From Entomortierella parvispora E1425 (lineage: Eukaryota; Fungi; Mortierellomycota), in NCBI GenBank assembly GCA_020891255.1, contig BQFW01000005.1, positions 1,488,001-1,552,000 of the forward strand: DNA of 64,000 bases. Reading direction: 5' to 3'. The position numbers and the translations under genes were made by a program. The notes beneath the pieces are model-generated. The model made no database searches, was not told the origin of the DNA, and worked only from the letters and a program-made list of their open reading frames with translations. Below are positions 22,138 to 36,015 of this stretch, piece by piece. Within the stretch, counting starts at the first letter, position 1. Every line of letters begins with the position of its first letter.

Positions 22138-25100
22138 TGCAATAGGAGTATCGAGGGTGGAGTGGAGACAAGAAGTGAGTTTTATTATATTGCAAGTTTC
22201 TAGCTTTTGTAGGTACACATCGCGTGATGTCACCGTATTCCTGTTACACCTTCCCCTTTTAAAAAATGATACCGTGCTGCTCTTTGAAGGTTGTGACCAA
22301 GTCCATGCAGTTGTCCAAGTTGCTTACTGGGAGCCATTCGTCAGCTTCTCTGCCGTAGCCTTTGAATGACACTAGGAACTGGTGTTGTCTGCGGTAGAAG
22401 CGGTACTTTAAAATTTCGTCCACTTCATACTCCTCTTCGCCGTCAATTACAGTGGGATCCACGGGGGCAGGAGCTCGAATGCCGAGTGACTCCGGGGACG
22501 GCAAATAGGGTCGAAAAGGTATCAACGTGGAAGACGTCATGGATTTTGTAGAATGGTGGCAGCTCGACGCGGAAGGTGACAGGTGAGTGTTGCTCCAAAA
22601 GTGTGAACGGGCCAAGGAATTGAGGTCGAAGTTTATCGGCTGGTCTGATACTGTCGGCAGGGATGGTGATATTGGTGGCACGCAGCAGGACCTTATCGCC
22701 AACCTTGTACTTGTGATCCCGTCGTCGCTTGTTTGCCTGTTGCTCCTGATGATCCTGAGCACGCTGCAGAGCATCCTGGGCCAGGGCAAGGGTGGTCGCC
22801 TGCTCAGTCAGGAAGGTATCGACAGTGGGGACTGAGCTGCTGGGTTTACCGAGGAGAGCGGTGGGGAGACGAGGGTGCTGGCCAGAGTTGAGGAAGAACG
22901 GCGAGTATCCCGTGGATGCATTGACAGCGTTGTTATAGGCGAATTCCAGTGACGGAAGGAGCTGGTCCCAGTTAGACTGCTTGTTGTCAATAAACGCTCT
23001 CAACATAGTCTTCAGCGTCTTGTTCATAACCTCTGTCTGCCCATCCGTCTGTGGGTGGTAGGCGGTTGACAGTGCAAGTTTGACATCCATTAGCCTGTGC
23101 AACTCTTGCCAGAATCTACTAGTGAATCGAGTGTCGCGGTCCGAGATGATGGATGTTGGTGTGCCATGCAGCTTAAAGATGTTGTCAAAAAACTGGTGGG
23201 CGACGTCGACGGCTGTGGCAGAGGTAGTACTGGGGACGAAGTGAGCTTGCTTGGTCAGCTTGTCGACAAACACTGTGATGGCGTCAAAATTTCTAGCTGT
23301 GGGCGGAAGAGGGCCGATGAAGTCCATGGTGACTACCTCCCAACGTTGCGAAGGAATGGGTAGCGGTTGCAAGAGTCCAGCTGGTCGATCCTGTGAGTCC
23401 TTGTTCCTTTGACACTTCTCGCAGGTTGCTACATACTGCTGGGTATCCTTGGCGATGTGGGGCCAATATACGAAACGGCGCAGGTTGTCGTAAGTCTTTT
23501 GAAAACCAAAGTGTCCAGCAGTGGCAGAGTCGTGAGCGTCGTGCAAGAGAGTGAGGCGGATCGGGGAGTGCCGAGGGATGGCCAGGGTGGTTGCTCCACG
23601 TCGGGTAAAGTAGAGGAGGTTGTTCTGGAATGAATATCCATTGGCAACCTTCCCATCCAGGCAATCCTTGTAGATGGGTCCAAGTCGAGGATCGTCGTTG
23701 TAGTCCTGGACAAGCTGGTCACGGACGTCCGGGGACAGGGAGACGCTGAGGTTGTATAGCTCAACAGGGTCAGGCTCGCGGTAGTCCGGTCGTCGGGAGA
23801 GAGCGTCTGGGACGATGTTGTCAACTCCTCGCTTGTACTTGAAGTCAAAGTCGTATTCCTGAAGCAACTCCATCCAGCGAGCCTGTCGACGAGTGAGTTT
23901 GGGCTGTGTGGGGAAGTGGCGGAGGGTGGCGTGGTCGGTGTGGACGCTGAACTTGGTTCCATCGAGGTAGTAGCGCCAAGTGCGAAGCGCATGGATGACA
24001 GCCAACAGTTCCTGCTCATGGACAGGGTAGTTCCGCTCAGCTGACTGCATTTTCCTGGAAGTGAATGCGATGGGATGGGTATTCCCTTCCCGGTCAGTCT
24101 GCAGCAGCACTGCACCGATGGCGAAACCGGATGCATCTGTTTCGACAAAGGTGAGAGATCGGGGTCGAAGATGCGGAGGACGGGGGCGGAGCAGATGGCG
24201 CGTTTGAGCTGAAGGAATGCAGATTGTTGTTCGTCGGTCCATTTGAAGGGAGTGTTGTTGGCGAGGAGGGAAGAGAGAGGGAGGGCAATCCCTGCAAAGC
24301 CCGATACGTACTGTTGATAAAATTGCGCAAGCCCCAAAAATTGCTGGACGTCCTTTGTGCTCTTGGGGGTGGGCCAGTCACTGATGGCTTTGCTGAGCCC
24401 GGCCGATGTTTTGATCCCGTCCTTCGTGATGGTGTGGCCCAAAAATTCAGTTTCGTCTTGCATGAAGGAGCACTTGCTCAATTTCGCGTACAGACCGTTC
24501 TTGCGGAGGAGAGCCAGGACGCTTCGGAGATGCTGCAGGTGTTCTTTCTTTGTCTTGGAGTAGATCAACAGATCGTCGAGATACACGACAACCCATTTGT
24601 CCAAGACTGGATCGAGCACTCGCAACATCATATTGGAGAACGAAGCAGGAGCGTTAGTAAGGCCAAAGGGAACAACATTGAACTCAAAGTGACCATAGCG
24701 ACAACGGAAGGCAGTCTTGTGTGTGTGTGGTTCAAAGATACGCTGCTGATGATAACCGGATAACAAGTCCAACTTGGAGTAATAGCGTGCTCCACGGAAG
24801 CGGTCAAGTAGCTCGTCGATACGGGGCAACGGGTGTCTGTTCTTCCTGGTGATCTTGTTGAGGCCACGGTAGTCGACGCACATTCGGAGTGTGCCGTCCT
24901 TCTTCCGCACAAAGAGCACGGGGGCGCCATAGGGAGAGGTACTGGGTTTGATAAAACCTGCTGCTAGCAATTGGTCCAGTTGTTTGCGAAGTTCGTCAAG
25001 CTCGGCGATTGAAAGTCTAATGACAGGGCGGAAGGGTGGGTCGGCTGTCGGGTCGGTCTCGATCTTCATAGCATCACCACGGTCTGGGGGCAGGCCGTCC

Positions 25101-27205
25101 GGGAGTTTCTCCGGAAAGACATCAGCGAACTCTTCCATGACAATGGACCGCACCTCTGGGGGTCATATCGGGAATTGTACGCGGTTGGTCAGTTTCTTCA
25201 GAGGGCTCTGGGGTGTTGCGAATAAGGGCCAGGAACACCTCCGAGCCGGGCAGGGTTGCCATGGAATGAAAGTGCATGTGTGTGAGGAGGAGTCCTTTGG
25301 TGCGGCTTTTGGATGTGATCGGCCTTGAAGCCGCGGCAGCTCCATTTGACATCGATTCCATTGTGAGTGAAATGAAGATCGTTGGTGCGCCAATTGATGC
25401 AAGGGTTAACTTTGGTGAGCCAGGGTTTGCCAAGGATGAGGTCGTATTTGTTGAGAGGATAGAGAATAGGGTTGAGCGAATCGGAGTAGTCGCTGCGGTT
25501 GAGGGTGATGGGGACGGTGTGTGATGTGAGGGAGGAAGAGCCATTGGGGAGGAGGATGGGGATGGGCAAGCATTCAGTGCGGAGGAGCTGGTGTCGCTTT
25601 TGAAAAGACGAACTGATAATATTACCTTCTGCACCACCATCAATCAGGATTCTGGCAGCGTGGCCATTGACAGAACCGATGAAAGTGAGCAGTTGGCTCT
25701 CTGCCTTTTGGACAGTGAATTCGTGTAGGCGAATCGCACGACGCTTCAACTTCTTCAACTGACTTTTTGGACAGAGGTACACTAGGTGCCGGCGGTACAG
25801 CGAGAGGGTCCGGTTCATCTGTATCGGAGGATCTAGGTAGAGGAGCGGACAGGGCAACTGGAGCGGGCGAGGCAACAGGTTTTTTGGTTTGGTTTTGGTT
25901 TCGGTCCGATAGAACAACCAGAGCATCGTGGATGTGAGTTCGCTTGTCATGATTGGAGTCATGTTTCTGAGGTGTAGAATCAAGTGAAGTTTTATTTGAG
26001 GTACTTAGCTCAGGGTTGTTGGCTACAGTTTCGACAACTGGGGTCCGGACCGACCCTAGTTGCCGGAGGCTTTTCCCGAATCAGGGGATTCACCCGCGGT
26101 TACTTGATTAATTCCTCGGCTGCCGTTGCCGTACTTAGGGCAATTGGGACTGATGTGACCCAATTCGCGGCAGCGGAAGCAGCCACCGTTACGTACAAGG
26201 TACTCTCGGTCGGCGGCGGTCAGGGGTGCGGGGCGATCTCGAGAAGGGTTGTTAGTACCGTTGGTGGGGCGGTTCTGTAAGGAGCGGTGAAGGGTGCCGA
26301 GTTGCTTGTGGATATTGTTGAGTTGGATATGAATATTGTCCACTTCCATTGCGTTGGGGTCGGTGATACCAGCAGAGGATCCCGAGGCAGCCAGTGCCTT
26401 GGCACCGAGTGATGGGTCTTCAGTGTGGAAGATACGACCGAACTCCTCCGCGGCCTTAAAGAGTCTGGGCAGATCTATGGTGTCGTTGCCTGCATTAACA
26501 ATGGCCACTTCCAGCATCTGGCGAAGCTGAGTAGGTGCACCACTGAGAAAGGCAGTGCGGATAGTATCGTTGAGAACTGCGTTGTCGGCGTAGTAAGACT
26601 GGAGGAGTAGGTGGTATTCACGGGCTTTGGTAATATAGGCCATGACGTTGGAGATGTTCAGTGGCAGTGTCATTTTCATTTGCATTGTGAGGGCGAGAAT
26701 GTGCTCCTTAAACTTCGCAGGGCTGAACTCGGCGGCAAGGAGCTCGCTGAAATCCGGGAATGAGGTGTCGGATGGCTTGTTTAAGAGTGCCCACCAGCCG
26801 ATAACCTCATCGCCGGCAAAGGCAAGGGTAACCCCGACCTTGCGAGATTCGGCAATTCCAGCGCCATCGAAGAAAAAGGTCATGCGTTTCAGAAAACCGA
26901 GAACAGAGAATCCGTCGCGCTTGCCGTTGAACGGTGTTGGATGAGGGAATTTGAATGACGGTGTCGCGGAGTCCATGTTGGGTGAATTGTCGAGGGAGAG
27001 TTGATCGAAGAGGGATACGAGGGGGTCCAGGGTGTGAGTGTGTCGGAGGGTCAGTGGGTCAGTGAGGTCAGTGGATCGAAAACCTTTGCTACCATGCAAT
27101 AGGAGTATCGAGGGTGGAGTGGAGACAAGAAGTGAGTTTTATTATATTGCAAGTTTCTAGCTTTTGTAGGTACACATCGCGTGATGTCACCGTATTCCTG
27201 TTACA
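22138..27205 (-). mobile_element. Family A full-length copy with perfect 5-bp TSD ATTCA, inserted in the C 5' LTR
   Basis: Identical LTRs 22138-22248 and 27095-27205; ATTCA at 22133-22137 and 27206-27210; the C LTR resumes seamlessly (compare 11569-11879). Confidence 0.97.
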
Positions 27206-27536
27206 ATTCACCTCCATTCAACCGCACTCGTCAGCACTCGACCGATCAACAGCATTTCTTCACTGTCTGCGACGACATTCACCAGCATTGACCTGCATCT
27301 CACATTCCGCAAGTTAATTCCACTCGATTTAACTGAGATCAACTTTGGAACGCCAATTCACCCGTCAATCCGACCCATCCATCTAAACGGAACACAGCAT
27401 CGCTTTCAGGACCCTTGAAAGTTACCAGAACACCACTTACTGCACGCAAGCCACCGCTCATGGACTTTGGTGAACTTTTCGACATTCAGTTCATTCCGGC
27501 ATTAACTCAATTCAGCTGGGAAAATTTTTTCGCGAC

Positions 27537-30500
27537 ATGGGCAAAGTGAATCTCAACAACAACAAACCAATTCGGAGCAGAGTCGCTGCAGTTGTTATAC
27601 CTGTTGCACAAGCCGCCAACGCGCGCGCCACTGCCTCCAACTCTGGAGAACCCACCAACAATGGCGGAGACTTGGCCACTGTAGCCACACACGAAGGATC
27701 CATCACAGAAGAGATGGATGTGGACGAGGAAACCATTCCATCCACCAGCTCTGGCACCAGAAGTGGACTGACGTTTGAAGGACTACCACCGTCACAGTTG
27801 CCATCTATTCCAAGAAAGGATAGTCCTACATCGGTCGTATCAATCACCAGAGCCTTGGCGGTACCTACCCATACTGCCCTGCCTGACATAACAGATGCGG
27901 AAATAGAGGCAGACATTGCGGCAACGTACGCACAGATGGAAGCTACTCGGCTCACCAATGTAAGACTCCTTTTACATATCTCACGTAACAAAAGAGTCAC
28001 CCATGCCGGTACAGCTCCCATGGACCTCACACCGGAAACAGACAAGATGGAGGAAGAACATAAGCGCAACGAGGACTTCCTCAGCAGTATGGAGCAAACA
28101 TACAATGCTCTTCACGCAGCTCGCCGCCCTGTACCAGCACAATGGGCATATCCAAATCAGTCCACCGTAGACCGTTATCAAGAGCAGGATCGAAGCGCAA
28201 GCAACCATGCTCCACAAGTGCGATCTGAGGCAGGATTTCCTGTCAAGCCTCTATCCACATGGCTTCGATTCGGATCATCAGGATCCCTATCGGCATACGA
28301 CTGGTGGGCGCACTTCGAACGAGAAATCGCGCCGTATGTGGGGGGAGCAAATCATAGGAAGTCATGGAGACAAATACCTCCTGTACCTGGTCCACAACGA
28401 CCACTTTCATGCCAATCTGAAAGAGAAGTTCAAGGCACCCAAGGAGGTGCTGACAGTGGACTATCTCGAGAGGACGTTCTTCGAGACATGTTTAACAATC
28501 GAAGAGCGAGAAAACGCTGTTACCACGCTCACCAAATTTGGACGACTCGCAGGAGAGCCATATAGTCACTACGCTCATCGGATCGCAAGAGCTACAAAGC
28601 TATTCCGAGTACAAGACAACAACGATGTAGTTTTGACTCTGCTCCGACAAGGACTTGCATCATCTGAAATGGACACAGTCAACACGCGATTCCAATCGCA
28701 ATACGTACTGGACAACCCACAAGCAACATCAGTGCCAGACACTCCAATTGCTATCGCTGATTTTTGTATCGCACTGGGCAAGCTAACAGGACCAGCTGGA
28801 GCTCGCGAAAACTTTAGCGCTCCAGTAATGCCCACCACCAACTCTCACGCCGCCAAGGCTGAGTCGAAGCAGATGTGGTGTGATAAATGTAACAAGAACG
28901 GCAACCACGTTTCCAAGGACCATATCAGCTGCGACTACTGCAACAAGCTAGGCCATAAGAAGGACGCCTGCCGTGCGCGCCAGAACGACGAACGACGACG
29001 CAATGAACACTCGGAGCGTAGCTCACACAGCTCAGACGATCGACAAGACCGGTCCCACCGCGGATCAAGCCGCTTCGGGCCATATCAAGCTGACAATCGC
29101 CAGCGCAGAGACAACAGGGATAGCCACAACTCTCGTGAGCGCAATTACAGTAAAGACCCTCTTCATATACTACGCTCTCGTAAAAATGTGTGGCAAACAT
29201 ACCACGATCTTGATATCAACTTCAACGCACTCACTCTTGCGTCCTACTCCTCTCAGACTAGAGACATGTCGCCAGTGTCAGATAAAGAATTCATAGAGTC
29301 TGTTCACTCCACAGATTCAGTCCTGGCACATGCGGGGAGGGAAAGTAGAATGTCACAAGACATACCACAGGAACACATGACAATAAACTATGAGCAATCA
29401 CACATGTTTGAAACACTTATATACAATGAAATGGGTGACCAGAACGACAATGACAAGAGACTTGTAGTACCGATCTACTTCGAAGGCCTTCAATTTGAAG
29501 CACTAATTGATTCTGGAGCCACGAAGTCATTCATAGACAAGTCATTAGTAGAAGCTCTGAAAATTGAGGTCAGCAAAGCACGGGAAACATCTTCCTCGGG
29601 CACAAGAAAATGCATATAGCAAGAACAGGAGTAACAGAACATATAGAAGTAGAATGCAATGAACATTCGCTTCTCGCCTCATTTGAACTGTTTGACCTAC
29701 AATACCCATTTGTCATTGGCATGGACCTATTTAACAAACTAGGGTTCTCAATCGGAGGCATTGCAGACGGACGAGCAAACGCACAGACTCTGCCAACGCC
29801 AACACCAGATGAAAAGCCATCCGTGTTACCATTGGAAACACCAATCGAAGAACTTACTGACAAGTTCAAGGAACTCAAAGCACAATTCATGAGTGAAATC
29901 CAAGACTCGATAAAGGACAACGCACAGATACCGCTAGACAGCTACTGCACTCTACCAGAGATGCACGTGTTCTTGGATGTTCCTGAGGGCACGACTATTT
30001 ATCGCAGACCAAGGACGTTTGCTGAACAGCAACAGCATATTTTCGACGAACAAGTTGACAAATGGCTTAAAGATGGAGTTATCACACTTGCTCCGGCCAA
30101 CAATCGGCACAATAACACGCTAACTCTCGCGGCCAAGAAAGATCTCCTCGGCAATAAAACGAAATGGCGGGTTTGCCTAGACCCACGTCCTCTGAACAAA
30201 TTATTAAAGGATGACAACCATCCAGTACCATTAATATCGGACATCTTACAACAGATAGGTGGCCACATGATTTATACAACGCTCGATTTGACACAAGCAT
30301 ATCACCGGTTACCTATCGAAGCAGGACATCAACCACTCACTGCATTCATGCACCGAGGAACTCAATATATGTTCCGACGAGCTCCATTCGGACTTAAGCC
30401 ACTGTCAAGCATATTCCAACGCGGAATGACACGCATCTTGGGGGACTTGCCCTTTGTCCTGGTGTTCATTGACGACATCGTTATTTTCTCCAAGACCAAG

Positions 30501-31426
30501 GAAGAGCATGCAGCGCACGTCAAGTGTGTAATCGAACGCCTAACAGAAGCAAAGCTTATTATCAACCCAGAAAAATCACACTTCTTCGCAACACAGATTG
30601 TACTTCTCGGCTTTGTCATTGACTTGGCTGGCAAACGGGTAGATCCTACCAAGCTAGCCAATATCGACCAGTGGGTTCCACCAACCACAGGCAATCAAAT
30701 TCAGTCCTACATGGGCACATTTAATTTCTTTCGAGAATTCATCCCGCTGTTCAGTACGTTGGCAGCGCCATTGGATAAGTTGAGGCATGAAACAAAAGTG
30801 TTCAAACTCAATGCAGACGAACTCGATGCTTTCAATACATTCAAGAAACTGCTAAGCCATGCACCAATCTTGCACTTCCCTGACTTCGGTCTGCCGTTCT
30901 ACGTCGCCACTGACGCATCCAACGTAGGCATTGCATCGGCCCTTTACCAGAAAGTCAGGAATGAATCCAAGAAAAAATGGGAGAACAGATACATATCCTT
31001 CATGGCACGCTCTCTACAAGACAGAGAACGACGGTATTCAGCCACACAAAAAGAATTGCTAGGAATCGTGTTTGCACTCACGAAATTCCACTATTACCTC
31101 TGGGGAAGACACTTTACACTGTATACAGATCATCGAGCACTTACGTTCATTCACTCGCAGAAAGAGTTAAACTCCATGCTCACTGGCTGGCATGAAACAA
31201 TCCTGAGTTATGACTTTACGGTCGAATACCGACCTGGAGTGATGAATGTGTTGCCAGATCACTTGTCTAGACTGTTCCCAGCCTCCATCCAGACTCGCTA
31301 CGACTCCAACCATGGGCACATAGTCAACGCTTACATGCACATCATGCAAAACAAAGACACAATGTTAGAAGTCGTTCATGGCAAAAAGAAGCAGGACGAT
31401 ATATTGTACAAAACCCACGCCCTCGG
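27537..31426 (+). CDS. Family C Gag-PR-RT-RH (frameshifted near 28340 and 29585)
   Basis: ORFs 27537-28565, 28207-29619 and 29610-31457 carry consecutive domains. Confidence 0.85.
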
Positions 31427-32491
31427 TGTGATGTTGTCTAAAGTAAGTATAGTCTAACGTCAGCAAAGGCTGGAGGTGAAAATGATAACGAAAAGAATAA
31501 TAACGAACAAAGCTCGCTGCTTACATATGATAGGGACTTTGCTCTCTGTGCCACAAGGATCAAGCACAGCACTGCTATATGATCAGATACAATCTCGAGA
31601 GAATGAACTGGATAGACAGGAGGAGGAAAATGAGCAACAGGATCACGATATAAGCAGGAACGAAACTGAAAGGAGACTAATAAGGACATACCAATGAGCT
31701 AAGCACGTCCTAATGGTAACCAAACAGGAGAATAAACAACTACGGAGGCGAACACTAGGTACTATACTAACTAATAACAACAACAAGGGAGGATTGAAGG
31801 GATCTAATCAGTAAGAGCACGGCCAGAAATATTCTATCCAGGGAAAGGGGACAAGGCCGCCTAACTGAGGGTTCAGGAGGGACTCGAGGGAAGGCGACGA
31901 GAAGATAAGGGAGGTTCCCAAGCACCAGTTAAGGCCTCAGGATGCCCAAGCGCCAGTTAAGGCCTCAGGATGCCCAAGCGCCAGTTAAGGCCTCAGGATG
32001 GGATGCCAAGATCGTACAAGTCCACTCAAAAGAGACAAGACATTGTTGGTACCTCGTAAGTGAGCAAGGACACGGAGAAGTGGTTGGCCGAGGTTCTTGA
32101 CGGGACTTGTCGAGGACGGGGAAGATCGTAACTTGTGAGTGTACAAGGTCGATCAACAGAACGCAATAGGTCTGTGATATCCAAAGGTAAGGGGAGGAGG
32201 TTTAGACTAGCTACTAATAGTCTCAGCAATCGGAATTAAGGCGTCGAGCTTGCTGCTGCTGCAAAGGGGATATCGGGCAGGAAGGGGGGGGTGTATGTTT
32301 GTGTTCTGAAGGGTTCAACAAAAGTGTACTGGCAGGAATCGTAAAGGAAAAAGGCAACCAGGAGCAAAATGGATTTTGCTCCCTTCTTTATAGAAAAAAA
32401 AAACTGAAACTAAACAAAATAATAAATGCTACTGAAAATGTATATCTACTCCGATTGATGTGGATCGGGACTCCACATCTACTACACCACA
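31427..32491 (+). mobile_element. Family D solo LTR (1,065 bp) with perfect 4-bp TSD TCGG
   Basis: Removing it restores the C integrase zinc finger KTHALGHLGANAM. Contains one more 28-bp tandem unit than 14376-15416. Confidence 0.93.
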
Positions 32492-33800
32492 TCGGCCACC
32501 TTGGAGCGAATGCAATGGTCCGGTCTATACATGCGGAACAATACACATGGCCCCATCTCACAGATGACTGCTTGAATTGGGTTAAGAAATGCTCGGAATG
32601 TCAGAAGTACAATATTAGTATCAAAGGCTATCATCCATTAAAAGCTATCCACGCAAACCTGCCAGGAGATCATATGGCTATGGATTTAGCGGGACCGTTC
32701 AAACTCTCAAAGAAAGGCAATGAAATCCTTCTTATCGTAGTCGACGTATGCACACGCTTCGTCTTCTTAAGAGCGCTCCCTGATAAACAAGCAAACACTG
32801 TCGCTAAAGCCCTGTTTGATATATTTTGTACCGTTGGCTTTCCTCGCGTTTTACAATCCGATAACGGCAGGGAATTTGTGAACCAAGTCATGCTTGCAAT
32901 GACCTCTGAATTTAACGTTGACCACCGGCTACTTACGCCGTATCACCCTCGAGGAAACGGCGTTGCTGAACGACATGTCAAAGTCGCAGTCGACATCCTC
33001 AAGAAAGAACATCATCAGAAACAAGATACTTGGGACCTTCATGTACCCATGGCACAGCTTGCAATGAATACAAGAATCGTTGCTCTCCATAATTCATCAC
33101 CGTTCTCTCTCTTCTTCGCTCGCAAGGCCAATGGCTTCCAAAATTACTCCAAATCTACCAAGAACGTCATGACCCACAAGCAGCTCTGTGATCGTCTCGC
33201 ATACATGACTGAAATTGTCTTTCCAGCGATTGACAAGAAATCAGAAGAGACTCAAAAGAAAATGATCGCCCGATTCAATGCCACAGTTCTGCATAATGAA
33301 TTCCCTGATGGCGCAAAAGTCATGACACTTGATCCCATCCGCGGTAATAAACTTACGCCACGGTATGAAGGCCCGTACACAGTAGTGCGCCGCACGACCG
33401 GTGGATCTTATGAGCTCAGAGATGGTACAGGCGAGTCGCTCAGTCGCAACTATGCCCCATCCCAGCTCAAACTCGTACTCGAGGATTTAAATACGCTGCC
33501 CATATTCGAGATCGAGTACATTCTCGACCACCGTCCTCATCCTTCTCGAAAGGGGGGAGTGGGAATACAAAGCAAAATGGGCTGGCTACTCCAAAGATGA
33601 CTACACTTGGGAACCTGAAGAAAACTTTATTGAAAAACAATGTATCAGAGAATATTGGCAACTTCTCAAAGAAAATAAGCGACCACAGGATCAAAGATCG
33701 AAGAGATACCAAACGAGAACGAGGAACTAAAACGCTACTACGCAAAGAAGACCTAACAGGCAAAGAGGTTTTTTACCACATGGTTTTCCTCAAAGACAAG
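32492..33800 (+). CDS. Family C integrase and chromodomain (resumes after D; frameshift near 33555)
   Basis: HLGANAM...CSECQK, AMDLAGP, QSDNGREF, YHPRGNGVAE, RYEGPY. Confidence 0.85.
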
Positions 33801-34062
33801 AGGTTTTTCACTTTTCCTCAGCCATAACATTTTCATAGAGGTTTTATTTTTTACCCTCTCACTGACCAGTAGTGTCAACCCGCGCTTCGCTCTCCATGGG
33901 AGGGGAAGTTCTGTCGCATAATTTGGTGGCGCAGCGGCAAATGATGCTGCTGGCAGCAAGGCACAGTCACGGAGGCAACGGTCAGGATAATATCCTGACC
34001 GGTTCAATAAAACAGAGATCCCTCTCTTATTCTCACTGACTCCGTGTGCCATATACTTTTCA

Positions 34063-34600
34063 GCCTTAACTGGCGCTTGGGCATCCTGAGGCCTTAACTG
34101 GTGCTTGGGAACCTCCCTTATCTTCTCGTCGCCTTCCCTCGAGTCCCTCCTGAACCCTCAGTTAGGAGGCCTTGTCCCCCTTTCCCTGGATAGAATATTT
34201 CTGGCCGTGCTCTTACTGATTAGATCCCTTCAATCCTCCCTTGTTGTTGTTATTAGTTAGTATAGTACCTAGTGTTCGCCTCCGTAGTTGTTTATTCTCC
34301 TGTTTGGTTACCATTAGGACGTGCTTAGCTCATTGGTATGTCCTTATTAGTCTCCTTTCATTTTCGTTCCTGCTTATATCGTGATCCTGTTGCTCATTCT
34401 CCTCCTCCTGTCTATCCAGTTCATTCTCTCGAGATTGTATCTGATCATATAGCAGTGCTGTGCTTGATCCTTGTGGCACAGAGAGCAAAGTCCCTATCAT
34501 ATGTAAGCAGCGAGCTTTGTTCGTTATTATTCTTTTCGTTATCATTTTCACCTCCAGCCTTTGCTGACGTTAGACTATACTTACTTTAGACAACATCACA
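34063..34600 (-). mobile_element. Family D LTR, 5' 538 bp, fused directly to the truncated C 3' LTR
   Basis: Reverse complement of the D start; the break falls inside the 28-bp tandem units, with no TSD at 34062/34063. Confidence 0.9.
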
Positions 34601-35803
34601 CCGCCGTTTCTCAAGCTCAACAAGGAAGAGCTGCCTGATTTCTCCCATCCCGACGGTTGGAAAGATGTCAAACTACTCGTTCCTAGCGACGTTTCCAGCC
34701 CAGCCGATTTTCCTGACCCTAATTCGGACATGACCAGTGAGGATCGAGCCAAGTTCATGAAAGAGTACCTCGCAGCTCGAGAAAAATTCACTAGAGACGT
34801 CAGAACAGCATTGACGGGTCGTACCCAGCAATTGGCCACTGCGGCTGTAATGCGGGCATGTGAAGTCTTCTCGGCTCGACTTACCCATGCAGGACGACAT
34901 GCTGGCACTAAGGAGGCATTCAAGCTTGGATTACCAATTCAAGATATTCAGCATCTTGGTCGTTGGGTCATGTCGCAGATGATGAGCTTCTATGCACCAA
35001 AGAACCCAATCAAAGGAGCATATTACATGGCGCACTTCAACGGCACTGACGAGCCGTATATTCTAGCCCGAGATCTGGCTGTTCCCCCCGCTGAACTTCA
35101 ACGTCTGGTTTTTCCATGGCTGGAGGACGCATTCAACGGCTGCAGCGATGATGTTGTCAAGGATTGGCACAAGACTTGCGAACTAGAGATGACCGATTAT
35201 GACCCAGAGGAAATTGGAGAAAGCGACCTTTTCCATGAGGCCAAGGATGAGATCCCAGGTGCACAGTCAGGGCTCGAACAGAGTGCACATACAGACAAGA
35301 AGGCGTTCCTCAAACTCCTTGTTCGGATGCGCCGTGTCATTCTTCAGGACGCAGTGCAATTCATGGTCCCTTACTCTAACGGTATGGATCTTTCCAACCA
35401 TTTGATCAAGGGACTACCCGAAATATTTGCCAGTCAGTTGTTTTTGGACTACTCAAAACTTCTCCACCAGATCATGGACGCTCACCGCGAAAACTCAGAG
35501 ATCATTACAGCAGGAGTACCAGTGGATGGACTAGCTATGGTTGACGCAATCAATAGATCGGCCCAACAGCTTTATGTACGTTTGAGTGCAATGCAGGCGG
35601 CACATAGGCAGGAACTCGCTGAAAAAGACAGGCAACTCGCTGAAAAAGACAAGCAACACCAACAAGCACTTGCAGACCAAAATTCTTACTTTGAGAGGAT
35701 TCTCGCCGGAATGCAACAGTTCAGTCGGCACGCCTTTCCATATCAACACCTACAGCCAATTCCACTGCCACAGCACCGACCCCTTCCACACCAACACGAA
35801 CAT
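34601..35803 (+). pseudogene. 3' part of a Crypton-like tyrosine recombinase (Ndc10 domain II type)
   Basis: Open frame from 34601: ...ELPDFSHPDGWKDVKLL...THAGRHAG (HxxR)...LGRW...FYAPK (catalytic Y candidate)...MAHF...LFLDY; interrupted by the B LTR. Confidence 0.85.
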
Positions 35804-36015
35804 TGCAAACAAATAGACCTCGTGCAACAGTCAAATCAGACTGACCGTGCAGCGCCTTCACTCACAGCAAAGCCACAAGGGGTCAACTACAACCACTACC
35901 ACCATTGCCACCATTGCCACCACCACCACCACAACCTTTAGTATAAATACCCCGGACTTCATATCAATAAACATCATTCAATCTTCGTGCTCTTCCCTTG
36001 GCCTTTACTATTGCA
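35804..36015 (+). mobile_element. Family B solo LTR (212 bp); flanks do not match
   Basis: Matches 9399-9604 plus 6 bp in the CAC repeat; flanks AACAT and TAAAT. Confidence 0.93.

Larger units (their letters stand above)
21921..34062 (+). mobile_element. Ty3/gypsy chromodomain element family C, near full length, carrying a family A insertion in its 5' LTR and a D solo LTR in its integrase; 3' LTR (33912-34062) truncated
   Basis: LTR starts at 21921 and 33912 (after PPT GGGAGGGGAAG). Gag with CDKC..H..C and CDYCNKLGHKKDAC, LIDSGAT, FIDD, ATDASNVG, YHPRGNGVAE, and a chromodomain FEIEYILDH...WEPEENF. Confidence 0.93.

Noticed and set aside
1257-27205. RIP-like hypermutation among repeats
   Set aside because: Copies are nearly identical and LTRs are identical, with only scattered transitions.
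29580-29590. GGGAAAC in family C as a programmed -1 frameshift
   Set aside because: The heptamer is not in X XXY YYZ register with the upstream frame and lies inside the protease domain; more likely a 1-nt deletion or error.
35804-35941. His/Cys-rich C-terminus (HYHHCHHCHHHHH) of ORF 34730-35941
   Set aside because: It is read-through into the CAC microsatellite of the B LTR, not part of the recombinase.
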